A stretch of DNA of 30,999 nucleotides from Archangium sp. GTDB lineage: Bacteria > Myxococcota > Myxococcia > Myxococcales > Myxococcaceae. The notes under the pieces were generated by a model that ran no database searches, was not told where the DNA came from, and worked only from the letters and a program-made list of their open reading frames with translations. The stretch's first letter is position 1, and every line of letters starts with the position of its first letter. Shown here in pieces: positions 8,076-17,298 of this stretch. The DNA is taken from assembly GCA_031367385.1 (NCBI GenBank), contig JANLPS010000154.1, positions 1 to 30,999 of the forward strand. The letters are read 5' to 3'. A program made the position numbers and the translations under genes.

Positions 8076-9287
8076 GTGCCTTCAGTGTCGCAAGCCGTTG
8101 AGCTGCCCAGTCACCTCGATCGCACCCGCCGCATGGTGGGCCTCGGGCTGTACCTGACGGCGATGCTGATCGGCGGCATTCTGTTGCTGGCGGTCTTTCT
8201 GGTGCCTCCGCTGTTCGGCAGCGACCCTGCGGGTGAGTACGGCGGCATGCTGATGGGCGCGGTGCTCGCCTTCCCCGCGGCGTTTGCGTACTTGTGGGTG
8301 CCCCGGGTGGTCGACCGCTACGACCCCGAGCCGGTGTGGTGCCTGGTGGCCTCGTTCTTCTGGGGTGTCGTCGCCTCATGCGGGTTCGCCGCGACCATCA
8401 ACACCGCGGCAGGGTTCATCGGCGCCGACCTGGGTGGGGCCGACTTCGGAGAAGTGGTCGCGGCGTGCATCAGCGCTCCGCTGGTCGAAGAATTCTTCAA
8501 GGGCCTCGGCGTGTTCGGCATGTTTTATTTCTTGAAGCGCGAGTTCGACGGCGTGGTCGACGGCATCATCTACGCGGCGTTCATCGCGATCGGCTTCGCG
8601 GCGATGGAGAACGTCTTGTATTACGGCCGGGCCGCCGCGCAGAGCGACGAGGCCCTCGGCATGACGGTGGTGATGCGAGGCCTGCTCACCCCGTGGATTC
8701 ACCCGCTCTTCACCTCGATGACCGGCATCGGCTTCGGCATCTCACGCGAGACGCGCAGCGCCTTCTTGCGGTGGACAGCGCCCGTCTTCGGCTACGGCTT
8801 CGCGGTGTTTCTGCACTCAGCGTGGAACACCGCCGCCACCATGTCGGGCATGTTGACGATCATCATGTTGCCGCTGTGGTTCTTCTTCGTGCTCGCCTTC
8901 GCGGTGATGGTGATCGTTCTGGTGCACCGCAAAGGCAAGATCATCGCCAAGCACTTGCAAGACGAGGTGCTGGTCGGCTTCTTGAGTCTGCCCGAGTACG
9001 AATTGGTGACCTCTGCGTTCTCGTCATGGCACGCGACCTTCTCGTGGGGTGGCCGGCCGGCGCGCCAATTCGTGGCGGCGGCGTCACGGTTGTCGCTCTC
9101 GAAGTGGCACTCGATTCGTTCGGCGCAGAGCGAGACCAGCACCATCAGCGGGGCCTTCGTGGCGCCCTTGCGTCAAGAAATCAAGCGGCTGCGAGGTGAG
9201 ATGAGCCGCTCGTTGGGGAGGCCGCTGCCCGAGCCTGCGCCGTGGCGACCGAGCTCGGAGCAGCCCAAGCCTCCGTGGGTGAGGTAG
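8076..9287 (+). CDS. PrsW-family intramembrane glutamic metalloprotease
   Basis: 'DRYDPEP', 'APLVEEFFKG', 'GFAAMENVLY', 'HPLFTSMTGIG', 'LHSAWN' motifs. Start is GTG at 8076 or 8085. Confidence 0.92.
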   Translation: MPSVSQAVELPSHLDRTRRMVGLGLYLTAMLIGGILLLAVFLVPPLFGSDPAGEYGGMLMGAVLAFPAAFAYLWVPRVVDRYDPEPVWCLVASFFWGVVASCGFAATINTAAGFIGADLGGADFGEVVAACISAPLVEEFFKGLGVFGMFYFLKREFDGVVDGIIYAAFIAIGFAAMENVLYYGRAAAQSDEALGMTVVMRGLLTPWIHPLFTSMTGIGFGISRETRSAFLRWTAPVFGYGFAVFLHSAWNTAATMSGMLTIIMLPLWFFFVLAFAVMVIVLVHRKGKIIAKHLQDEVLVGFLSLPEYELVTSAFSSWHATFSWGGRPARQFVAAASRLSLSKWHSIRSAQSETSTISGAFVAPLRQEIKRLRGEMSRSLGRPLPEPAPWRPSSEQPKPPWVR

Positions 9288-9317
9288 GTGCCACCTGTGG
9301 CACATCGTCGAGCGCCT

Positions 9318-10295
9318 TTAGCGGGTCGATTGGCTGCGCATGCGTGGGCGGCGAACGTCGAAGGTGGGCTTTCGGTTCGGGTCGCAGGCGGGGCCGAAGC
9401 CCTCGGCGTTGAAGTCGTACTCGAGCTCCCCGTGCTCGCCGTTGCTCATCGGCTCGATGGTCAGCCGGTGCCGGCCTGCGCGTGCGGGTGAGCAGTACGA
9501 GAGCAGGTAGAAGCGTTTGCTGTAGCCTTCGATTTTGGCCGCGATGCGATCGAACTGCTCGCCAACCTGACCCGGGTTCTTCGAGAACGCCGCGCCGCTG
9601 CGGCCGATGAGCGACAGCTCGTGCTCATCGATTTCAGCGCCAACGCCGATGACGAATACCTCGAAGTTCACGTCTCGCAAGACCCGAAAGAGCTCATCGC
9701 GTTCGACCCGGTGCGCGTGGTCGGAGCCGTCGGTGAAGATGACCAGCGTGCCGAAGCGCAGCGGCACCGTTGAGCGCTCGAGCTGCTTTTCGAGCACGGC
9801 GACACCCTTGACGATCGCCCCGTTCAGGTTGGTCGAGGGGTCTTGGGGCGAGAATGACGAGAGTGAGACCGGGCCTGCGCCGAACGCGCGCAGCGGTACC
9901 AACTCGGCTCGACCATCGAAGGCGTAGACGGCGGTCTCTTGGTAGGCCGAGAGCCGAGAGGTGAATCGTGACACCGCCTCTTGCAGCTCGGGCACGGCTC
10001 CTGATTGGGTGACCGACCCCGACATGTCAACCAGCAGCAAGGTGTAGTGCTTGGCGGCCACCTCGGGGTTCAAGATGGTCTGTTTTGACTCGAACGGAGA
10101 GACCAGCTGGTGATCTTCGTAGATGCGAAATTGCTCGGCGCTCAGGCCGGGCACGGGCTCACCCTGGCGGGTGTCGACGGTGAAATAGACCGCGACGTTC
10201 GATGGCTTTTGCACGCTTGCGTCGACCAGGCGGGGTTTCAGGCCGGCACACGCGGTGACGAGAACGAGGCTCAACGCAAGGGTGATCTGACGCAT
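9318..10295 (-). CDS. VWA-domain lipoprotein
   Basis: Lipobox VTAC; MIDAS 'DMSGS'; 'TNLNGAI'; 'LVIFTDGSD'. Confidence 0.85.
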   Translation of the reverse strand: MRQITLALSLVLVTACAGLKPRLVDASVQKPSNVAVYFTVDTRQGEPVPGLSAEQFRIYEDHQLVSPFESKQTILNPEVAAKHYTLLLVDMSGSVTQSGAVPELQEAVSRFTSRLSAYQETAVYAFDGRAELVPLRAFGAGPVSLSSFSPQDPSTNLNGAIVKGVAVLEKQLERSTVPLRFGTLVIFTDGSDHAHRVERDELFRVLRDVNFEVFVIGVGAEIDEHELSLIGRSGAAFSKNPGQVGEQFDRIAAKIEGYSKRFYLLSYCSPARAGRHRLTIEPMSNGEHGELEYDFNAEGFGPACDPNRKPTFDVRRPRMRSQSTR

Positions 10296-10417
10296 GCCAC
10301 ACTGTCGACGGCCGGCGGCCGTTTCTCAAGCGTCGAGTTGACCGAGAGCACAGCCGTCACCTGCTCACACAACTTCACGCTCAGACCCCACCGCCTGGCG
10401 GTTAGTCTCATGGGCCT

Positions 10418-11473
10418 ATGTCGAAAGCTCTGATTCGGTCAGCCGGTGCGCGCCTCGAGCGCGTCAATGCCTCGAAGCGCTTCTCAGACGGCACCTTTCA
10501 CAACACCGCACAGGTCGGCTCAGGCCTGAAGCCCGGCACAGCCTTCTCGACGATGGGCGAGTACTTCACCGGCAACGACGTCGCGCGAAAGCCGCCTGGC
10601 CCGCTGCCTTCGGTCAACCCGCTCGCCTTGTGGGAGCGGCCCCCCGAGACCGGTCTTCGCGCGACCTGGCTGGGCCACTCCACGGTGCTGGTCGAGCTCG
10701 ACGGCGTGCGAATTCTCACCGACCCGGTCTGGGGCGATCGCGCGTCGCCGTTCAGCTTCATGGGCCCGAAGCGGTTTCAGCCGGTGCCGGTGCGCATCGA
10801 TCAGCTGCCCAAGCTCGACGCGATCATCGTCTCGCATGACCACTACGATCACCTCGATGCGCCGACGATTGCGCAACTGGCCAAGCTCGACGTGCCCTTC
10901 TTCACCTCGCTCGGCGTCGGCGTTCACCTCGAGGGCCTCGGCGTCGCGCCCGAGGCAATCACCGAGCTCGACTGGTGGGAGGCTGCGACGATTGCCAACT
11001 CCGAGGTCACCCTCACCGCCGCGCCCTCGCAGCACTTCTCTGGCCGTGGCCTCAAGCGCAACACCACCTTGTGGAGCTCGTTCGCGATGCGCGGCCCCAA
11101 GCACAAGGTGTTCTTCAGCGGCGACACCGGCCTCACCCCCGAGTACTCCGAGATCAAAGAGCGTCTTGGGCCCTTCGACCTGGTGATGCTCGAGGTCGGC
11201 GCCTGGCACCCGTCATGGGGCGACATTCATCTGGGCCCCGAGAACGCGCTCAAGGCCTTGCAGCTCATCGGCGGAGGCACGTTCTTGCCGGTGCATTGGG
11301 GCACCTTCAACCTCGCGCTCCACGCGTGGGACGAGCCCGCCGAGACGCTGGTGAAGTTGGCCGACTCGAGTGGGGCGCACCTGGTGATGCCGCGGCTGGG
11401 CGCCGGTATCGAGCCGTCGCGCGCCGAGAAGGTCGACACCTGGTGGCGCGGGCTGACGCCGCGGCTCAAGTGA
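10418..11473 (+). CDS. MBL-fold metallo-hydrolase (NAPE-PLD/RomA-like)
   Basis: 'TWLGHST', 'LTDPVW', 'SHDHYDHLD', 'HFSGR', 'FFSGDTG', 'PVHWGTF'. Confidence 0.92.
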   Translation: MSKALIRSAGARLERVNASKRFSDGTFHNTAQVGSGLKPGTAFSTMGEYFTGNDVARKPPGPLPSVNPLALWERPPETGLRATWLGHSTVLVELDGVRILTDPVWGDRASPFSFMGPKRFQPVPVRIDQLPKLDAIIVSHDHYDHLDAPTIAQLAKLDVPFFTSLGVGVHLEGLGVAPEAITELDWWEAATIANSEVTLTAAPSQHFSGRGLKRNTTLWSSFAMRGPKHKVFFSGDTGLTPEYSEIKERLGPFDLVMLEVGAWHPSWGDIHLGPENALKALQLIGGGTFLPVHWGTFNLALHAWDEPAETLVKLADSSGAHLVMPRLGAGIEPSRAEKVDTWWRGLTPRLK

Positions 11474-11480
11474 CGGGCTT

Positions 11481-11855
11481 TTAGAGGTTCGTCGCCCAGG
11501 TGAGCAGCTCGTGCACCGTGGGCTTGGTCACCGTCTTGATCGGCCGGTTCTGAATTCGCATCGCCAGCTCGACGCCGTTGAGCATCACCCGCATCGAAGT
11601 GCTGGTGGTGGCAAGCCCAATCGCGCGCACCTTGATGCCCTTGAGCACGAACGCATCGAGCCAGAACGGCACCAGGCTCGGCGCGATGATCTTCGGGTTC
11701 GACGGCAACGCGCCCAGCAGCACGATGGGCCCCTCCTTGCTGCCCTCGATCAACGGCGGCACCAGGTGCTTCGAGTTTGCGGCGTCCATCAACTCGGGTG
11801 AGTCGAAGGTGATGAGCCAAATGCCGGGGGCGGCCTGCTCGATTGTGTTGTTCAA
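11481..11855 (-). CDS. Hypothetical small protein (possibly STAS/SEC14-like alpha/beta fold)
   Basis: 124-aa ORF with normal composition filling the gap between two + strand genes; TTG start. Confidence 0.6.
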   Translation of the reverse strand: MNNTIEQAAPGIWLITFDSPELMDAANSKHLVPPLIEGSKEGPIVLLGALPSNPKIIAPSLVPFWLDAFVLKGIKVRAIGLATTSTSMRVMLNGVELAMRIQNRPIKTVTKPTVHELLTWATNL

Positions 11856-11886
11856 GACGTCCTGTGGTTGCAGAGTGGAGCGCCCT

Positions 11887-13710
11887 ATGAGCTCCGCGCC
11901 TCACTACAAACCGAATCTCCGCGACATTCAATTCAACCTCTTCGAGTTCCTCGACATTGGCAAAACGGCCCTGGGTCAAAAACCCTTCGGCGACGTCGAC
12001 GAGGCGACTGCGCGGCAAACCCTCGAGACCATTCTGCCTGTGTGCACGGGTGTGATGGCCGAGGGCTTCGCCGAGGGTGACCACGTCGCGCTCGGCTTCG
12101 ACCCCAAGAGCGGCGCGGTCACGATGTCGCCTTTGATGAAAAAGGCGTACCACGCGTACTTCGAGGGCGGGCTCAACGTGCTCGACCTGCCGGCGCATCT
12201 GGGCGGCATGGCGGTGCCTCCGAGCATGGCGTGGGGCGCATTCGAGCTGGTGGTGGGCGCCAACCCCGCGGTGGCGTTCTACTTTTTGGGCAACGTGCTC
12301 GCGAGAATCATCGACCAGCTCGGCACCGACACGCAGAAGAAGCGCTTCGTCGGCCCGATGCTCGAGCACCGATGGGGCGGCACGATGGTGCTCACCGAGC
12401 CTGACGCCGGCAGCGATGTGGGCGCGGCGCGTACCAAGGCGAGGCAGGTCAAAGATGACCTCTGGCACATCGAGGGTGTGAAGCGCTTCATCACCAACGG
12501 CGACTTCGACGCGGTCGACAACATCGTGCACCTGGTGTTGGCACGGCCCGAGGGCGCGGGCCCGGGCACCAAGGGGCTCTCGATGTTCGTGGTGCCGAAG
12601 TTTCTGGTCAACGAAGACGGCTCGCTGGGCGCGCGCAACGGCGTGTTCTGCACCAACCTCGAGAAGAAGATGGGCCTCAAGGCCTCGGCCACGTGTGAGA
12701 TGACCTTCGGCGACGGCGTGCCCGCGCAGGGCTGGCTCGTCGGCAACGTGCACGACGGCATTCGCCAGATGTTTCACGTCATCGAGCACGCGCGCATGGC
12801 GATTGGCATGAAGTCGATGGCCACGCTCTCGACCGCCTACTTGAACGCACTCGCCTACGCGAAAGAACGCAAGCAAGGCGCCGACCTTCAGTCTGCGCGC
12901 GACAAGAACGCGCCTCGGGTGACCATCATTCACCACCCAGACGTGCGGCGAATGTTGATGATGCAGAAGTCACACGCTGAAGGCATGCGCGCCTTGCTCT
13001 CGTTCGCCGCGTCGCTGCTCGACACGGTCGAGATGCAGGGTGGTCACCAGGCCGACGCCGCGGCCGAGGCGACCGCGCTCAATGATCTGCTGCTGCCGGT
13101 GATCAAGGGCTACTGCAGTGAGAAGGTGTACGAGCTGCTCAGCTTGTCGCTGCAGACCTTCGGGGGCTCCGGCTACCTGCAGGACTACCCCATCGAGCAA
13201 TACATTCGAGATCAGAAGATCGACACGCTCTACGAGGGCACCACCGCGATTCAGGCGCTCGACTTACTGATGCGAAAGATCGCCCGCGATGGTGGGGCGA
13301 CGCTGCAGGGCTTGCTGGGCCGCATGCAGGCCACGCTCGACTCGAACGAAGGCGGCGACGAGCTGAAGGCCGAGCGCGCCAAGTTGGCCGAGGCCCTGAC
13401 CGAGCTGCAGACCGCGTTCGGCGGGCTGATGGCGAAGCTGGGCGACTCGGTCTACCACGTGGGGTTGCAGGGCAATCGGCTGCTCTTCGCGCTGGCAGAG
13501 CTCAGCATCGGCTGGTTGTTGGTTCGGCACGCGGCGCTTGCGGTGAAGAAACGCGCCGGGGTCACTGGCCCCGACGCTGATTTCTACGAAGGCAAGATCG
13601 CCTCGGCTCGTTTCTTTTGCCACGAGGTGCTGCCGAACGTCGCGTTGGCCGCGCGGCACGTGCAGAACAGCTCACTGCAGCCGATGGCGGTGCCCGAGGC
13701 CGCGTTCTAA
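11887..13710 (+). CDS. Acyl-CoA dehydrogenase, long FadE5-like type (607 aa)
   Basis: Start reassigned to ATG 11887 after GGAG. Motifs 'TMVLTEPDAGSDVG', 'GVKRFITNG', 'EKKMGLKASATC', 'QTFGGSGY', 'LYEGTTAIQALDL'. Confidence 0.95.
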   Translation: MSSAPHYKPNLRDIQFNLFEFLDIGKTALGQKPFGDVDEATARQTLETILPVCTGVMAEGFAEGDHVALGFDPKSGAVTMSPLMKKAYHAYFEGGLNVLDLPAHLGGMAVPPSMAWGAFELVVGANPAVAFYFLGNVLARIIDQLGTDTQKKRFVGPMLEHRWGGTMVLTEPDAGSDVGAARTKARQVKDDLWHIEGVKRFITNGDFDAVDNIVHLVLARPEGAGPGTKGLSMFVVPKFLVNEDGSLGARNGVFCTNLEKKMGLKASATCEMTFGDGVPAQGWLVGNVHDGIRQMFHVIEHARMAIGMKSMATLSTAYLNALAYAKERKQGADLQSARDKNAPRVTIIHHPDVRRMLMMQKSHAEGMRALLSFAASLLDTVEMQGGHQADAAAEATALNDLLLPVIKGYCSEKVYELLSLSLQTFGGSGYLQDYPIEQYIRDQKIDTLYEGTTAIQALDLLMRKIARDGGATLQGLLGRMQATLDSNEGGDELKAERAKLAEALTELQTAFGGLMAKLGDSVYHVGLQGNRLLFALAELSIGWLLVRHAALAVKKRAGVTGPDADFYEGKIASARFFCHEVLPNVALAARHVQNSSLQPMAVPEAAF

Positions 13711-13713
13711 ACT

Positions 13714-14104
13714 TTACGGGCCGAAGGTCGTCGTCGCGTCGATGGGTTGCCACGTCACCGTCAAGGTGCCTCCGGAGGCGGTGCCGGGGGGGTCGCGCTT
13801 GATGTGACGGCGAATCGAGACCCACCCCTTGCCGTTGAAGCGTGAAAACGACGTGGTTGGAAGCACGACGCTCGTCGCACCAGCTGTGATCACATCGATC
13901 TCCACTCGCGACCGGAGCCCCCACCCACGAGACGGTCTGCGCCTGGCCTTGCTTGAAGGCGAGCGTGGCCGGAAGCGAGGCTTCAGCGAACGAAGTCACC
14001 ACCGTCTCGATCTCCTTGCCCGCGGTGTCGAGGTACACGAACGTGCCGGTCACCGGCCCGGCGAGCTTGGCCTCGTGCCACCCGCACCCGGGCACGAAGC
14101 CCAT
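13714..14104 (-). pseudogene. Broken gene for a beta-rich, probably secreted protein; frame switch at ~13900 and probably missing its N-terminus
   Basis: Protein-like 'GTFVYLDTAGKEIETVV...QTVSWVGAPVASG' in one frame continues as 'VEIDVITAGATSVVLP...GGTLTVTWQPIDATTTFGP*' in another. Confidence 0.5.
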
Positions 14105-14165
14105 GGCTGTAGGGCACGAATTTCGCCCGCACCGCGCGTCGAGAGGGTCGAGAACGACGAAACGG

Positions 14166-14200
14166 TGAGGTTACACAGTTCGGTGATGTTCGCTCCATTG
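14166..14200. repeat. Direct repeat copy 1 (35 bp; similarity extends to 14146)
   Basis: TGAGGTTACACAGTTCGGTGATGTTCGCTCCATTG; 33/35 identical to 19307-19341. Confidence 0.9.
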
Positions 14201-14219
14201 CGATCGTTTCGCGCTTTGA

Positions 14220-15143
14220 TCACCTGTCTTCTCCGTTGGGAATACCGGTCAACGACTTGAGAAATTCGACGAGCAACTCGCCCTCGGTGTCAGGCAGCTC
14301 GGCGCCAAGCTGGTGGCGGCCCATCAGCTGCACTGCCTCGCGCAATGTGCCGACGCTGCCGTTGTGAAAGTACGGCGCGGTCTCGGCGACGTTGCGCAGC
14401 GAGGGCACTTTGAAGACCAGCTCGTCGTTGGCCGAATGGGTGACGTCTGAGCGCCCGAGGTCGCTGCGGTCAGGCCAGGGCAGTTGAGCTCCGAGCCGTC
14501 GAAAGCGCTCGCCGCCTACCAGCGGCCCAGAGTGGCAGTTCACGCACCCAAGGTTGTTGAACAGGTCAAAGCCCGCTCGTTGCTCCGACGTCAGGGCGCT
14601 TCGGTCGCCAGCCAGGTACCGGTCGATGGGTGCCGGAGTCACCAACGTTCGCTCAAAGGCGCCGATGGCGCGCGCAACGTTGTGCGAATTCAATGGCTCT
14701 GATTCGCCAGGAAAGTTCTCTTGAAAGCTGGGCAGGTACCCGCTGACTTCGAGGGCCGTGCGCACCGCTTCTTCATTGGCGAGCCCCATTTCGTTGGCAG
14801 CGAACAATGGCCCCAAGGCCTGAGCCTCGACGTCGGCGGCCCGGCCATCCCAGAATTGGGCGACTTGACCTGCGGCGTTGAAGACGCTCGGCGCATTGCG
14901 ACGCACGGGGGTGCCGGCGACTCCGATTGAGGTGGCCCGGTGGTCGACCCCAAACTGGGCGAGGTCGTGGCACGTCGCACATGAGACTTGGCCGTTCGAA
15001 GAAAGCGCTGGCTCGGAGAACAGCTTTCGGCCGAGCGCGACTCGGCTCGGCGTCGTGTCTGCTCGCGCAAAGTCTGCGGGCAGCGGGGCGATCGCCGGGC
15101 AACCAGCGAGCGCCAACATCAACATGTGAAGCTTTGCCTTCAT
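14220..15143 (-). CDS. ccp: Di-heme cytochrome c peroxidase (CCP/MauG family), probable lipoprotein
   Basis: Start at MKAKLHMLMLALAGC (lipobox LAGC, RBS GGGAGAG). Two CxxCH motifs (CATCH, CVNCH); 'RNAPSVFNA', 'QFWDGRA', 'FKVPSLRNVAETAPYFHNG'. Confidence 0.93.
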   Translation of the reverse strand: MKAKLHMLMLALAGCPAIAPLPADFARADTTPSRVALGRKLFSEPALSSNGQVSCATCHDLAQFGVDHRATSIGVAGTPVRRNAPSVFNAAGQVAQFWDGRAADVEAQALGPLFAANEMGLANEEAVRTALEVSGYLPSFQENFPGESEPLNSHNVARAIGAFERTLVTPAPIDRYLAGDRSALTSEQRAGFDLFNNLGCVNCHSGPLVGGERFRRLGAQLPWPDRSDLGRSDVTHSANDELVFKVPSLRNVAETAPYFHNGSVGTLREAVQLMGRHQLGAELPDTEGELLVEFLKSLTGIPNGEDR

Positions 15144-15183
15144 GAGCTCTCTCCCGCTGTCTTTGAAGCGCAGAAGATGTGCC

Positions 15184-15238
15184 TTGCGAACGAGCAAGAC
15201 AACGCCCTACTTTGCAAGTAAATGTTGCATTCGCGCAA
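15184..15238. promoter_or_regulatory. Putative LysR operator pair between divergent ccp and lysR
   Basis: TTGC-N6-GCAA dyads at 15184-15197 and 15225-15238, each containing T-N11-A; same layout recurs at 17124-17178. Confidence 0.6.
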
Positions 15239-15259
15239 TGATGGCAAAGAAAGGGCGAA

Positions 15260-16147
15260 GTGAGAGCTCTTGAGCGTTGGGATGATGTTCGGCTCTTTCT
15301 CGAGGTGATGCGGGCGGGCACGCTCAAAGGCGCGGGGGCCAGGCTTGGTCTCGATACCTCGACGGCGAGCCGGCGCTTGGCGTCGCTCGAGCGCTCGCTC
15401 GATGTGCGGCTGTTCGACCGCTCGCGCGAGGGCGTTTCACCGACCGCGGCCGCTGAGCAGCTCCTCGCGGCGGCTGAAGACATGGAGCACTCGGCGCTCG
15501 CCCTCTCGAGCACCGCCGCCCAACAAGAGCGACGCATCGAGGGGTTGGTGAAGGTGACGCTGCCGCCTGGGCTCGCCGAGGGTTTCGCTGCACGGCTCCT
15601 GCTCGACCTTCGAAAGCGGCACCCCGGCCTGACGTTCGAAGTTGATTCGAGCACCCGCGTCGCTGACCTCTCGCGACGTGAAGCCGACATCGCGCTGCGA
15701 ACGGTGAAACCCCAGGCGGGCGACTTGGTGATGCAAAAGCTCGCTCAAGCTCCATGGGTAGCCATGGGCGCTTCAGGTCATCGCTGGCCGATCGTGAAGA
15801 AGTGGAGCGAGCTGCCCTGGGTTGGGTGGGGCCCCGAGCTGTCGCACCTTCAGGCTGCGCGCTGGGTGACGAAGCACGTCGAAGGGGCACTGGTGCTCAG
15901 AGCCAATGCCATCGGCATGCAGCTGGCGGCCATTGAGCAAGGCATGGTCGCGCTGATGCCCGTCGCGTACCAACGCAGCTACCCCATCGAGCCGGTGCGA
16001 TTCGCCAAGGGGTTGGCGGCCAGTGCGCGCGAGTGGCCAAGTGATGAGCTCTGGCTGGTCACGCACCGGGCGCTTCGCAACGTGCCCCGCATCGCCGCGG
16101 TGTGGAGTTGGCTCGTCGCCCAATTTCAGTCGCCACCTGCGCGGTAG
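15260..16147 (+). CDS. LysR-family transcriptional regulator
   Basis: 'WDDVRLFLEV..AGTLKGAGARLGLDTSTASRRLASLE..L..RLFDRS' HTH; 'DLSRREADIALR'. Confidence 0.95.
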   Translation: MRALERWDDVRLFLEVMRAGTLKGAGARLGLDTSTASRRLASLERSLDVRLFDRSREGVSPTAAAEQLLAAAEDMEHSALALSSTAAQQERRIEGLVKVTLPPGLAEGFAARLLLDLRKRHPGLTFEVDSSTRVADLSRREADIALRTVKPQAGDLVMQKLAQAPWVAMGASGHRWPIVKKWSELPWVGWGPELSHLQAARWVTKHVEGALVLRANAIGMQLAAIEQGMVALMPVAYQRSYPIEPVRFAKGLAASAREWPSDELWLVTHRALRNVPRIAAVWSWLVAQFQSPPAR

Positions 16148-16150
16148 CCA

Positions 16151-17086
16151 CTAGGCCGCGAGGCGGCTGCGTTCGCGAGCCCAGTGCATGGTTGCAGCGA
16201 CGGCGAGGTCGAGCGGAGTGGCCTCGAGCCCAAAGGCCGCCCGAAACTTCGAATCATCGACCACCCAGGGGCTCTGCCATTGATACGTGAGCTCAATCAG
16301 TTCTCGAATGATCGGCGAGAAGAGCCCCATTGCCCGAAGCATGAGCACAGGTACCGGGCTCACCTGCAGGGTGCGCTGCGCAGCGAGGCCAAATCGGGCC
16401 ATCATTTGACGCGGCGACTCGGCCTTCGCGACCGGCAGATGCCACACCTGGCCCAGCGAGCGCTCATTCGCCCCCAGCACGGCGAGCCCCGACACGACAT
16501 CGGGTACGTACGAAAACGAGTGGGGGAGGTCGCAATCGCCCAGCACTTCGACGCTTTGGCCTGAAGCGAGCCGCTTGAAGAACCGCTCACCAAAGAGAGC
16601 CGACGAAGTCACGCGAGGGCCGAAAAAATCAGAGGCGCGGCCGATGGCGACGCGCACCTGCCCGGCTTCGTGGGCGCCAAGATACCGAGCGGCCAATTCG
16701 GCCCGCACGGCCCCCTTGCGAGAGCGCGGCTTGATGGCTGAGTCTGGCCGTAAGGGGCCATCGGTGGGGTCGAGCATGTAGAGGTTGTCGAGCACCACCA
16801 ACTTGGCGCCGGCCCGAGCGGCTCCGTGGAGCACCCCGGCGGTGATGCGAGGGAGCACCGAAGCCCACTGATCGTAGGAGACATTGACGCACTGGTAGAC
16901 CACCTCGGCGCCCTGCATCGCGGCTTCAGCGAAGCGAAGGTCGGCCAGGTCGCCCGTGAGAACATGCTCTGAAGACGCGCCTGAACGGCGAACGACTCGC
17001 ACCCGATGGCCTTGAGCGCGAAGCAAGGCTGCCAGCGATGAGCCGATTTGACCTGCTCCCAGTACGACGTGAATGCCGGTGTGCAT
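16151..17086 (-). CDS. NAD-dependent epimerase/dehydratase (atypical SDR)
   Basis: 'VVLGAGQIG' Rossmann motif; 'DNLYM', 'GRASDFFGP', 'HSFSYVPD', 'DDSKF'. Confidence 0.92.
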   Translation of the reverse strand: MHTGIHVVLGAGQIGSSLAALLRAQGHRVRVVRRSGASSEHVLTGDLADLRFAEAAMQGAEVVYQCVNVSYDQWASVLPRITAGVLHGAARAGAKLVVLDNLYMLDPTDGPLRPDSAIKPRSRKGAVRAELAARYLGAHEAGQVRVAIGRASDFFGPRVTSSALFGERFFKRLASGQSVEVLGDCDLPHSFSYVPDVVSGLAVLGANERSLGQVWHLPVAKAESPRQMMARFGLAAQRTLQVSPVPVLMLRAMGLFSPIIRELIELTYQWQSPWVVDDSKFRAAFGLEATPLDLAVAATMHWARERSRLAA

Positions 17087-17123
17087 GGTTGAACTCCTCT
17101 TGAAGGGGCGAACAACGTGTCAC

Positions 17124-17178
17124 TTGCGAAAAGGCAATGGTAGCTGCAGTTCATCAAGCAATCGTTGCAAAATCGAAA
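17124..17178. promoter_or_regulatory. Putative second LysR operator pair upstream of the epimerase
   Basis: TTGCGAAAAGGCAA (17124-17137) and TTGCAAAATCGAAA (17165-17178), same spacing as at ccp. Confidence 0.55.
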
Positions 17179-17298
17179 CGATCAGGTTGGCGCCCCCTTT
17201 TGGGCGAAGGCATCGTCGCAGCCCAGGGCGAATTTCAGCTGGCAAGCGCAGTGGGCACCCCACGATGCTCGCCGTCACCAGGCGACCACCGTCGAGCG

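Noticed and set aside
10418..11473. Metallo-beta-lactamase resistance gene
   Set aside because: Motif set (WLGHST, HFSGR, HWGTF) is the NAPE-PLD/RomA-like subfamily and there is no signal peptide
11578..11886. Long N-terminal extensions in the ORF track (acyl-CoA dehydrogenase; also TetR, ABC1, catalase-like, SNF2, rlmN, DUF1552)
   Set aside because: Extensions overlap neighbouring genes or operators; internal ATGs match the family N-termini better
13983..14198. ORFs starting M(E/K)RTSPNCVTS at both repeats
   Set aside because: Similarity is a by-product of the DNA repeat and ends with it; no coding signal
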